IMG/VR virus record: IMGVR_UViG_3300046710_000061
Location: 1-35,740 of that record
Reading direction: 5' to 3' (one strand)
DNA length: 35,740 nt
Source: a virus
Lineage: Duplodnaviria > Caudoviricetes
Part shown: positions 1 to 7,806 of the stretch, piece by piece
Layout of the letters: every line of letters starts with the position of its first letter
Position numbering within the stretch: the first letter of the stretch is position 1
Notes under the pieces: generated by a model
The model's database searches: none
Told to the model about the DNA's origin: nothing
The model's input: the letters and a program-made list of their open reading frames with translations, nothing else
Program-made: the position numbers and the translations under genes

Positions 1-381
1 GATGAGGTCAGCCGACTTCACGAATTCCATATGATACCGCCAGACCTGAATCGGGTCAGAGTCACCCACGAACAGGGACTCCGTGCAGGACATCCCTATC
101 ACAAGATAACCTGCGTCTGCCACGATAGTCGCGCTGCCGAGACTGTCCATGAGTCCATTGTTGAGTGCTTCCCGTGCCTCCGCCGTGTAGACCTGATAGT
201 CAATCCAGCGAGTCCAGTAAGGAACGCCGGACACGAAGACCGGCGAGTTGATACCGTCCGTCACGGAGTTGACGGGATGGAAGACGTTGTGGGAGTCCCC
301 CGTTATCTTCCACTTGGCAGTATCCTTGTCCGCTTCCGGCGGGTCGTTCTCAATTACATACGGTACGGTCTGGTCTGCCAT
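1..381 (-). CDS. Tail protein directly downstream of tape measure (distal tail candidate), 3' truncated
   Basis: Not in ORF track. ATG at 381 after AGGAGG; frame MADQTVPYVIENDPP...MEFVKSADLI stays open to the window edge (127 codons). Function from position only. Confidence 0.7.
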   Translation of the reverse strand, partial: MADQTVPYVIENDPPEADKDTAKWKITGDSHNVFHPVNSVTDGINSPVFVSGVPYWTRWIDYQVYTAEAREALNNGLMDSLGSATIVADAGYLVIGMSCTESLFVGDSDPIQVWRYHMEFVKSADLI

Positions 382-382
382 G

Positions 383-2422
383 TCATCCTCCTGCGAAAGA
401 CCAACTCTTGTTGTTCATCATCTGTGTGATGACGGCTCTGCCAATCTTCTCAATGTTCTCATGGGACAGGGCAGAGTTCGTGTCAACCTTGATGGTCTTG
501 CCGTCTATCTTGACGTCGACCAACAGCGTCTGCTTCTTCTCCTTGCCACCTTGCAGGGATGCGATGAACCCCATGAGCGGAGATACGTTCGTCCCCTCAA
601 CGGAGACGGGAGCGAACTCCTTGGCTGAGACTGTCTTCTTGGCCGCTTCAAGGTTGTACAACTCATTCCCCTGCGCCTTGGTTACACCGCCCGCTGCCAC
701 CATCTCGTCTATGTGGTTTCTGAGGTCATACAGAGCGGTTTGTTCAGCCGTGTGGGTTGCCCCGTAGAGTTCGTCCTTGTACCCTTGTTTGGCTTCCTTG
801 ATGAGCAATTCCTTCTGACCCGCTTCCCACTTGTCCACCAATGCCTTGTCGACGCCTTGAATCTCTCGCAGTTTATCGGCTTCCAGCGTCAAGACTTGCA
901 GGTCATTTGTCAAACCCGTATTCGCCAACTTGAATATCTTGGCGGTCAGGTCTTCAGTCGCTGCCTTTGCCTCATCAGAGAGGACGGGAGTAGTAGAGGG
1001 TGGTTTGTATCCAACGTATCCGCCTTCCTCTTGCTGAGCGGCATATATTGACCGTCCCAAGGCCGTGTCAAGGTATTGACCGTTGCCTCGTCCACCCTGT
1101 ATGCCAGTGTCATACACTCCGCCCGGACTCTTGCCATACGTCGGATTGAACGCATTGAGCAGTTTCTCGCGGGTAGCAGCCCATGTGTCAGAGTTCGCAG
1201 CCTTTATCGCAGCGGCACCGACAATCAGCGGCAGAGCAATCAGTCCGACGGGTCCTGCGGCAAGACCGGCAAGAAAGGTTCCTAGCCATATCATTGCTGG
1301 AGCCACTTGGAGGGTCTGAACCGCGAGTAAAAATCTAGCAAGATTAGATATCATCCCCGTGATGACTGAGGTTGCAAGCAGGATACCTGCCGCCCACTCT
1401 GCGGTCGCGATAGAAGCCTTCTTCTGCCCGGGAGACATCTTATCAAACTCATCGACCAACTTCTGTGCCCAAGTGATAACATTCTGCACTTCAGGAATCA
1501 ACTGCTCTCCGAAAGATGCAGCGAGTTCCTTTGACGTCCCCTTGAGGATATTCAACTGACCAGAGAGTCGTTTACCAGCAGCCTCAGCCTGTCCAGTTGA
1601 TGCCGAGAGAGCCTTCAGGAGGTTCTCAAATGTAACCGTCCCATCTGCTGCTTTCACGACATGGATGCCGTATCGCTGGAGCATTGTGGTTGACCCGTTG
1701 AGTGCGTTGGACATCAACTTGAACGATGTATCCAGAGGGATGCCGAGCGGCCCCAGTTGCAGGTCAGCAAGGTGCGGGAGGAGGGCCGTGATTTGGTCAT
1801 TTGTCAGTCCATATGCCTCACCCATACCCATCGCGGTAATCGTGGCAGTCTTGTCCAGACCCGTCAGGCGAAGGAGTGCTTCAGCCTGTCCCTCAAAGTT
1901 ATCCTGTGCTGCCTGAGACCATTGTCCGGTCGCCTTCATTGCCTGACCGAGTTTGGCAAGAGCATCTTCATCCGCTGATGCTCCAACAACGAGTCCGACC
2001 AAGCCCGTGACGATTGCCGCGCCCGCGATTCCAGTGGCCTTGCTGATGCTGCCGAAGGTCGTCTTGATGGCGGTTAGAGAACCTACATAAGCCTCATTCG
2101 CTTTATCGGCTTCCTTGATGGCATCAGACATTGCCATAAACATTCCGGCACTGGATTTGCCGGTTTCGGCAAACTCTTTCCGCATCCCTACTGTCCAGTC
2201 CTTCAGGTTGGACATCGCGGCTTGGTTATCCTTGAATGCCTTGCCGAAACCGAGGATGTCGCCCATCTTCCCGCCGCTGCCAATGACGGATGCACCTAGG
2301 GCGGATTCTATCTTGCCATGAAAGTCCTGACTCTCGGCATATGCCCCGAGAGCGTCAAGTTGCGCCTTGGCATCGTCGATATTGAGGGAGACTACTCCTC
2401 GGACTTCTGCTTCATCGGCCAT
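383..2422 (-). CDS. Tail tape measure protein
   Basis: Long Ala/Gly-rich helical protein with hydrophobic stretches, after the tail chaperone; start moved to ATG 2422 (MADEAEV) behind GAGG. Confidence 0.9.
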   Translation of the reverse strand: MADEAEVRGVVSLNIDDAKAQLDALGAYAESQDFHGKIESALGASVIGSGGKMGDILGFGKAFKDNQAAMSNLKDWTVGMRKEFAETGKSSAGMFMAMSDAIKEADKANEAYVGSLTAIKTTFGSISKATGIAGAAIVTGLVGLVVGASADEDALAKLGQAMKATGQWSQAAQDNFEGQAEALLRLTGLDKTATITAMGMGEAYGLTNDQITALLPHLADLQLGPLGIPLDTSFKLMSNALNGSTTMLQRYGIHVVKAADGTVTFENLLKALSASTGQAEAAGKRLSGQLNILKGTSKELAASFGEQLIPEVQNVITWAQKLVDEFDKMSPGQKKASIATAEWAAGILLATSVITGMISNLARFLLAVQTLQVAPAMIWLGTFLAGLAAGPVGLIALPLIVGAAAIKAANSDTWAATREKLLNAFNPTYGKSPGGVYDTGIQGGRGNGQYLDTALGRSIYAAQQEEGGYVGYKPPSTTPVLSDEAKAATEDLTAKIFKLANTGLTNDLQVLTLEADKLREIQGVDKALVDKWEAGQKELLIKEAKQGYKDELYGATHTAEQTALYDLRNHIDEMVAAGGVTKAQGNELYNLEAAKKTVSAKEFAPVSVEGTNVSPLMGFIASLQGGKEKKQTLLVDVKIDGKTIKVDTNSALSHENIEKIGRAVITQMMNNKSWSFAGG

Positions 2423-2836
2423 GTCGCCTCTGGAAGTCAATTGAGACTTCCTTCTTGTTGATATGCTTCCCCGCCAGCCGACTCAGGATGGCGTAGATGA
2501 GTTGCAAGGGTGCCTGGTCTACTTCAGTCTTCGTCCAGCCGAGTTCCTTCAGGGAGACGTAGAGGGAGGCTCTGCCACCCCAGTATTCGGTTTCTCCTCT
2601 GTTCCAACCGTCGGGAGACTCAGACCGAAAAAATCACGAATCACGGCTGCAAGTTCATCTCCATCCGGCTTCTCCTTCGGGTCGATAGGCGACTTCTTTG
2701 CATCAGCCCGAAACTCATTCAACATTGCCCGATGACACTGGGGGCTGGCATTTATCAACTCCAGAACCCCCAGTGACCCGATGTTGACGCGGCAGACGAA
2801 GTAGATGCGGTCAAGGACTTCCCATGACCATAACAT
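2412..2836 (-). CDS. Tail assembly chaperone, long (G-T) form made by -1 frameshift
   Basis: The -1 frame after T TTT TTC reads RSESPDGW...LYVSLKELGWTKTEVDQAPLQLIYAILSRL...RHGR*; its stop (2414-2412) lies just past the tape-measure ATG. Confidence 0.8.
2549..2836 (-). CDS. Tail assembly chaperone, short (G) form
   Basis: 95 aa ORF between tail tube and tape measure containing an in-frame slippery heptamer. Confidence 0.75.
   Translation of the reverse strand: MLWSWEVLDRIYFVCRVNIGSLGVLELINASPQCHRAMLNEFRADAKKSPIDPKEKPDGDELAAVIRDFFGLSLPTVGTEEKPNTGVAEPPSTSP
2627..2633 (-). other. Programmed -1 ribosomal frameshift site (T TTT TTC)
   Basis: X XXY YYZ heptamer in the correct phase (GAT TTT TTC = D-F-F), at the position of the lambda G/GT-type frameshift. 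Confidence 0.78.
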
Positions 2837-3220
2837 CTAGGCAGTCACCGGGTCAAGTCTGATGGTTGCGTTGCAGTTCCACGCGCCCCTGTTCCCCGTG
2901 AAGGTGCAATCCTCGACCGTGCCACTGGCAAAGTCCTTGCCGAGACCGGTGTCAGAATCGTCAAACGCGGCAAAGGTCGCCGTCTGTCCGCGCATGACCG
3001 TGGGCCGCTCAATAGAAGCCACTTCGCCGGAGACAGAGACCAGGTCTCCGACCTCAGAGAATCGGGTAGCGATGACCGGCTGCCCTTTTTGATTGGCTCG
3101 GAGTTGAAACTTCGTGCCTTCGCCCTTGATGTCGAAGTTCTCGACAACGACGAAGGAGATGGTGCCGATGGTGCAGAGGGTTCCTGCGCCAAGTCCGTAC
3201 ATGAAAGGAGTATCAGCCAT
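2837..3220 (-). CDS. Probable major tail (tube) protein, short
   Basis: 127 aa beta-rich acidic protein, GGAGG SD, directly upstream of the chaperone. Confidence 0.6.
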   Translation of the reverse strand: MADTPFMYGLGAGTLCTIGTISFVVVENFDIKGEGTKFQLRANQKGQPVIATRFSEVGDLVSVSGEVASIERPTVMRGQTATFAAFDDSDTGLGKDFASGTVEDCTFTGNRGAWNCNATIRLDPVTA

Positions 3221-3229
3221 AGTAGCCTC

Positions 3230-3595
3230 CTACGCAGTCGGAGAGAACGTTGAATCAATGAACGCCATCTTGACGTCCGTGATTGAGTCACAGATGACCA
3301 GTGTGTTGTGTGTAGATGGGTCGGCAAAGACGCCAGCCGCGAGAACGGTACTTATCCATGACTCTCCAGCAGCGACTTCCTTCTCAACATCGTGGAAGTA
3401 GCCACGGTTGCAGGCCACAGGACAGTCGATGGTCACGTTCACGGCGATTGCACTTTCATTCCTGACAAGACACTGAACGTGTCCAGACAGGTTCTCAAAG
3501 TTGTCCCCGTCCGTGGCGGTCGGTATGAACCAAGTGATAGCGTGTCCGAGGATGATGCTCTTTGCGTCATCGGGAACGTGCAGCGTTGCGGGCAT
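3230..3595 (-). CDS. Virion structural protein (beta-rich)
   Basis: 121 aa, AGGAGG SD; GDNFEN..VRNES..VNVTID pattern resembles a recurrent head/tail-region phage family. Confidence 0.65.
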   Translation of the reverse strand: MPATLHVPDDAKSIILGHAITWFIPTATDGDNFENLSGHVQCLVRNESAIAVNVTIDCPVACNRGYFHDVEKEVAAGESWISTVLAAGVFADPSTHNTLVICDSITDVKMAFIDSTFSPTA

Positions 3596-3605
3596 AGTGA
3601 ACCTC

Positions 3606-3941
3606 CTAGTTTAAGGTGAACACATAGGTACGATGAGCGAGTCCCTTCGTACCATCATTGAGTATAATCAGCGCGTCAAACAAGTCAGCCCAGTTGATAC
3701 CAGTTGGCGACCGGCGGTGCAATTCCAAGACCCGGGCATTCAGTCTATCCGTATACCAGAGGTAGTCCTTCAGGGAACACCAGAGGTCAAGGTTGATGGT
3801 CTGCTGCCGGCGATTATCCGGCCCTGTCTCCGACATCCGATAGGTAATGCAGGGAATGTTATCAAGGAGTGGAGACATCGGGAACATGTAGAACACGGGC
3901 AGGATGGTCTCGAACCAACTGACGATTTCATCATGCATCAT
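3606..3941 (-). CDS. Tail completion/terminator protein
   Basis: 111 aa; PCITY and INLDLW motifs; follows the HK97 gp10-like gene. Confidence 0.65.
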   Translation of the reverse strand: MMHDEIVSWFETILPVFYMFPMSPLLDNIPCITYRMSETGPDNRRQQTINLDLWCSLKDYLWYTDRLNARVLELHRRSPTGINWADLFDALIILNDGTKGLAHRTYVFTLN

Positions 3942-3942
3942 G

Positions 3943-4410
3943 TCAGCCCTCCAATGCCCACTTCATCATGTCCAAGACCAGTTCACGGTTCGCGTCGAAC
4001 GCATTCTTTATCCACGGGTCGGGATGCTGCCCGAGGTGATGAGTATGTCTCGTGAAGACCGTTCCACCGTTCTGTGTCTTGGCATTCGTATTGAACACCT
4101 GCAAGCCGTAGACGTCCCATGCGGAATGAGCATCAGGAGTGTGATAGATGCCCGTACCAAAGTGGACGAACCCTGCATAGGGCGCACCAGCTGTGACCGC
4201 GCCTTCAATGCCGACGTCCGTGCGAATCGCGGGAATGCCAATCGTGGTAATGTCAAGATGTCCCGACTTGCTGTTGAATCTGTGGTTGCTCCTTGCATAC
4301 AGGACGAGCAGTTCCGTCGCCCTGTTGATGGCAAGGGTTTCCCTGACCTCTATCTGCGAGGTCATCTTCTGCAACCCGCTGGCATCAAATGAGATGCTAA
4401 GCGAGGGCAA
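3943..4410 (-). CDS. HK97 gp10-like tail/neck morphogenesis protein
   Basis: APYAGFVHFGTGIY and GQHPDPWIKNAF motifs; likely start TTG 4410 after GAGG. Confidence 0.8.
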   Translation of the reverse strand: MPSLSISFDASGLQKMTSQIEVRETLAINRATELLVLYARSNHRFNSKSGHLDITTIGIPAIRTDVGIEGAVTAGAPYAGFVHFGTGIYHTPDAHSAWDVYGLQVFNTNAKTQNGGTVFTRHTHHLGQHPDPWIKNAFDANRELVLDMMKWALEG

Positions 4411-4714
4411 GGAGGGAGACCTCAGTAAAGTCATCAAGCGGCATGATACTCTGGACGAGATACTTCTTCCCGTCCGCATCATCTATCCGGTCTCCCACGT
4501 TCAGGACATCGGTGGTATAGAGTCGGTGTGTGCGTTCCTCCAGTATTCCCGCCTCGAGCGCGCGTACACTTCGCGAGACCGGCATGAGAACTCCGGCAAT
4601 GGGAGCAGATTGCGGCAAGAACGTGGCAGATTGCATACCGGCCTGAGATGTGATGGTCGGTATCTGCCGTGTATAGTACAACTTCCTGCCCGCGAAGGCG
4701 TCAAGGAGACTCAT
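4397..4714 (-). CDS. Head-closure (SPP1 gp16-like) protein
   Basis: 105 aa; LNVGDRI..DGKKYLVQSI pattern; position after adaptor. Confidence 0.75.
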   Translation of the reverse strand: MSLLDAFAGRKLYYTRQIPTITSQAGMQSATFLPQSAPIAGVLMPVSRSVRALEAGILEERTHRLYTTDVLNVGDRIDDADGKKYLVQSIMPLDDFTEVSLLALA

Positions 4715-5067
4715 TCTTCTGCCGTCCCCATGTTCATGACTGTCATCTGTCCCTGCTTCAACCGCTGGATGGCATTCTCGATAGCCTCATAGGAAACGCT
4801 CACTCCCCCCATCGACTTGCCAGACGGGGCAAGCGGAGCGACCATCTCCAAGAGTTTGATTGCAGCGGACGTCGTATCATACACGACCGTATCGACCCAT
4901 CCGTACGTCCCATCCTCAGCATAGACACCGACCGACTCTGTGCGGGAATACTTCATGGTGAGGTCTTGCACATCTTCGTCGGTCACGATGGTGGCGAACT
5001 CAGGTTGCATCGCGTATCTGGCTTGCCGTCGAACTTCTTTGATTGCTTCCATGAGAGTCATCGCCAT
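4711..5067 (-). CDS. Head-tail adaptor (gp15/gp6-like)
   Basis: 118 aa helical protein with SMGGVSVSY motif; position after capsid genes. Confidence 0.7.
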   Translation of the reverse strand: MAMTLMEAIKEVRRQARYAMQPEFATIVTDEDVQDLTMKYSRTESVGVYAEDGTYGWVDTVVYDTTSAAIKLLEMVAPLAPSGKSMGGVSVSYEAIENAIQRLKQGQMTVMNMGTAEE

Positions 5068-5091
5068 CTCCCTCTAGCATGGTCTCAGGGA

Positions 5092-5222
5092 GGCTTTGGG
5101 GCGGGAGGGTGTCCCTATGGACAGAAGTCCCCCTAGACCCCTACAGCGACCCCCTGCCAAAGCCACAGCATGTATCAGGCGGGGGCGGGGCTGAGGGATT
5201 GCCTCACTCCCACAACCCCCGC
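5092..5222 (-). promoter_or_regulatory. GC-rich structured intergenic RNA element (attenuator/stabiliser candidate)
   Basis: Inverted repeats GCGGGGG/CCCCCGC (5179-5222, inner TGAGG/CCTCA) and GGCTTTGG/CCAAAGCC (5092-5164). Confidence 0.5.
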
Positions 5223-5230
5223 ATAGGTTA

Positions 5231-5761
5231 TCACGTGAGACGAGGCTTCTCGACGTTCGTATAGGTCTGCGTGATTGCCGCAGCACCCGACCGATGAATC
5301 CTTGTGGTTCCGAGACGAACCCAGTAGTTGCTCGCGCCGACAGCAGCCTGAATGACCGAGGCAGCCGGAGCAACAACCAGAGCGGCTGTGTTCTTCGTGC
5401 CAGGGACGGCCACATAGGTGATGGCGTGGGAAACGTGGTCACAGACTGCCACGATGACATAGATGATGTCACACGTTGTCGCGCCAACAGGGGCAGTTCC
5501 GGCACCGTGAGCCACATCAACATCTGCTGCGGCAGTAGGTTCGTCATGATAACCTCCGGCAGTAACCATACCTGCTGAGAGGTTGATGTTGTAGTCAAAC
5601 GGACCTGCGTCCGCGTGTGCGGAACCAGTCGTGGGAGCGGCAACGACGAGACCGCTCTCAACATGATTGGTCTGCCAATACTTCCACCGTCCAAGCATCT
5701 CACGGAGTTCAATCGGGATGCTCCTGACGTTGATTTCACTGACGAAGTTTACCGTGGACAT
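5231..5761 (-). CDS. Probable capsid decoration/cement protein
   Basis: 176 aa Ala/Thr/Val-rich beta protein right after the capsid gene, AGGAGG SD. Confidence 0.6.
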   Translation of the reverse strand: MSTVNFVSEINVRSIPIELREMLGRWKYWQTNHVESGLVVAAPTTGSAHADAGPFDYNINLSAGMVTAGGYHDEPTAAADVDVAHGAGTAPVGATTCDIIYVIVAVCDHVSHAITYVAVPGTKNTAALVVAPAASVIQAAVGASNYWVRLGTTRIHRSGAAAITQTYTNVEKPRLT

Positions 5762-5770
5762 GGCACCCTC

Positions 5771-6742
5771 CTACACAACGTCACGAATCACGGGGAGACC
5801 GGTGATGACCCCGTGGAACTCGCCCATGCCATAGTCGAGTCCGATTTCACCGTATATCTGCTCCTGCGTGGAGGCTCCAGTCTTTGCGAGCGGCTCCGTG
5901 AAGAGGTATCCCTTGCCCTCAATGTTGAGGAAGACAGGGATGACCTTGGCGACGTCCACGATTGCGAGGACGCCAGCAGGTAGATGACGGGCAAGGGTGA
6001 TGCCGAAGTTCCCGAAGTCTGTGACAATCTGCTCGATGTTCAAGCCACCGATTGTCCGAGACTGCGGTGCATAACCCCATGCGTTACTGATACGCGTCTT
6101 GGTGTACGCGGAGCAGAAGATGATGGGGGAGACGAAGGGCGCGTTCTTGTCTTTCATCGCAAGCAGAAGGTCGGTGAACATGAATGAATCCAGCTGAGAC
6201 CCGCCCGAAGCGATAGTCGTGAGGTTCGTGGCGTTGAGGATGCCCCTCGTCTTGCGGGCACTGTTGTTATCGGCAGGACGGGCATACACACCGTTCCAGA
6301 ATGTGTACTCGACGTCCTGTGCAATCTTCTTCAGTTTGAGAGCCAGTTGATTCGACATCTCATCCTGAACGGGCTGAATCCCGCCAATCTCGTCAGCCGT
6401 TGAGCCGGCAAGGATAGGAACGTGCTGCCCCTTGTCTGCCTGTTTGGTGTACGAGATGGAGACGGACTCATGGAAAATCTGGACGCAGTTCTGTGCGCCC
6501 GGGATGCGCCCGATTTCCGTAGGTGTAGGTGCAGTCTCGCCCTCAAGGTTAGCGGGCTGAGAAGCAGCGGGCAGTTCCTCGGTTGTGAAGCCAAAGTCAA
6601 TACTGTCCGTCGACCGCGCCCCGTTCAGTCCGCCAATGGCAGAGAGAAGGGGAGTGTCGGTCGGAGAAATAAGGAACAGTTCTCCGACATAGTTCGGGAG
6701 GTTGAAAGTCGTAGCCATCCCGCTGATAATCAAAGCAGCCAT
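5771..6742 (-). CDS. Major capsid protein (HK97 fold, SU10/DUF5309-like)
   Basis: 323 aa; ISPTDTPLLSAIG, NCVQIFHESVSISYT, KIAQDVEYTFWNG, EQIYGEIGLDYG motifs. Confidence 0.92.
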   Translation of the reverse strand: MAALIISGMATTFNLPNYVGELFLISPTDTPLLSAIGGLNGARSTDSIDFGFTTEELPAASQPANLEGETAPTPTEIGRIPGAQNCVQIFHESVSISYTKQADKGQHVPILAGSTADEIGGIQPVQDEMSNQLALKLKKIAQDVEYTFWNGVYARPADNNSARKTRGILNATNLTTIASGGSQLDSFMFTDLLLAMKDKNAPFVSPIIFCSAYTKTRISNAWGYAPQSRTIGGLNIEQIVTDFGNFGITLARHLPAGVLAIVDVAKVIPVFLNIEGKGYLFTEPLAKTGASTQEQIYGEIGLDYGMGEFHGVITGLPVIRDVV

Positions 6743-6751
6743 TGAATCCTC

Positions 6752-7363
6752 CTAGGTTTTGACAACCAACTCCGCTATCTGTCGTTTGATAGCGATTGCT
6801 CCTGTCACGTCGTTTCTCTTCATCGCTTCAGCATAAGCAGCTTGTAAGACCGCCTTCTGGTTGGGCTTCAATGGAGGTTTGCCCCCGCCCGAGATGATAA
6901 TCGGAACACCGTTCTTCGTCTGGACTTGGACGACAAAATAGGGCTTCTCCTCTATCAACGTGGCAACCAGTTCATCCATCTTCTCACCTTCTTTAGCCAC
7001 TGGCAGAGCCATGTATGCAACCGCAGGGTCATTGATGCCGACCTTTGATGCCTCCATGAGAAAGACGTTGTAGCGCGTCGCCTCTTGGAGACGGGTTTCT
7101 GCATCCTTTGCCCGCTGGTCGGCTTCATCAGCCAACTTCTTGAAGTTGCCAGCCTCTTCGTCAATTGCCTTCTGCTTCTTGGCATCTGACTCATCCCTCT
7201 TGGTCTGCTTCTCCAGAAGGACACGATTCTTCTCCAGCACTTCGTCAAGACGAGACTTTGGAATCATGATATCTTCAGGCTTCCCGTCTACAGTTTTATC
7301 GTCCTGCGACGTGACGGGTTCTACAATTACAGTTATCTCTTTGCCATCTTTATCTTTTGCCAC
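6752..7363 (-). CDS. Capsid scaffolding protein
   Basis: 203 aa coiled coil with IPKSRLDEV motif, directly upstream of capsid; GTG start with AAGGAG. Confidence 0.85.
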   Translation of the reverse strand: MAKDKDGKEITVIVEPVTSQDDKTVDGKPEDIMIPKSRLDEVLEKNRVLLEKQTKRDESDAKKQKAIDEEAGNFKKLADEADQRAKDAETRLQEATRYNVFLMEASKVGINDPAVAYMALPVAKEGEKMDELVATLIEEKPYFVVQVQTKNGVPIIISGGGKPPLKPNQKAVLQAAYAEAMKRNDVTGAIAIKRQIAELVVKT

Positions 7364-7415
7364 GGTCTTCTCCTTAGCACCACTCTCGCAGGTGAACGCG
7401 GATTTTACTATTCAC

Positions 7416-7442
7416 AGTATATCACATCACATCAATGAGTGT
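7416..7442 (-). promoter_or_regulatory. Putative late promoter (ACACTCAT-N2-ATG-N4-GTGA-TATACT)
   Basis: Extended -10 TGaTATACT; upstream motif shared at identical spacing with 13723-13749. Confidence 0.6.
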
Positions 7443-7445
7443 ACG

Positions 7446-7583
7446 TCAAGAGGATTTGTGTCTTTTCCTCCGTTTCATGGCATAGGCAATCGCGACCGCT
7501 TGTTTGACGGGCTTCCCTGCGGCTATCTCTGCTTTGATGTTGTGATGAAAGGCTTTCTTGCTCTTACCCCTCTTGAGCGACAT
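7446..7583 (-). CDS. Small basic phage protein (KQAVAIA family), 45 aa
   Basis: Not in ORF track. MSLKRGKSKKAFHHNIKAEIAAGKPVKQAVAIAYAMKRRKRHKSS*, AAGGAG SD; resembles a recurrent head-region family. Confidence 0.8.
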   Translation of the reverse strand: MSLKRGKSKKAFHHNIKAEIAAGKPVKQAVAIAYAMKRRKRHKSS

Positions 7584-7806
7584 TGTTCATCTCCTTTGCC
7601 CACGGATAGGCTTCAATTGCCCGCTCCCACTCTTTGGACTTCATGTAGAATGCCAGTGAGAACCACTTTGTCGCAAGCCATGTCATAAACTTCTCCTGCG
7701 TGTCAATCCCCATGTCCACGATGTCCACGTGGAGCCAGTCACTCTTCTTGCCGCCATCATCCAAGACGACGGTTCCTTTCCATTCCTCCGGCATCCACTT
7801 ATTCAT
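7564..7806 (-). CDS. Hypothetical protein; candidate immunity partner of the MuF toxin domain
   Basis: 80 aa, Trp-rich, start overlaps MuF stop (TGATG). Immunity role inferred from position only. Confidence 0.65.
   Translation of the reverse strand: MNKWMPEEWKGTVVLDDGGKKSDWLHVDIVDMGIDTQEKFMTWLATKWFSLAFYMKSKEWERAIEAYPWAKEMNNVAQEG

Noticed and set aside
5074-5739. 221 aa alternative-frame ORF over the decoration gene (possible frameshift extension)
   Set aside because: Ser/Arg/Leu-rich non-protein-like composition, no slippery site noticed, and it runs through the structured spacer.
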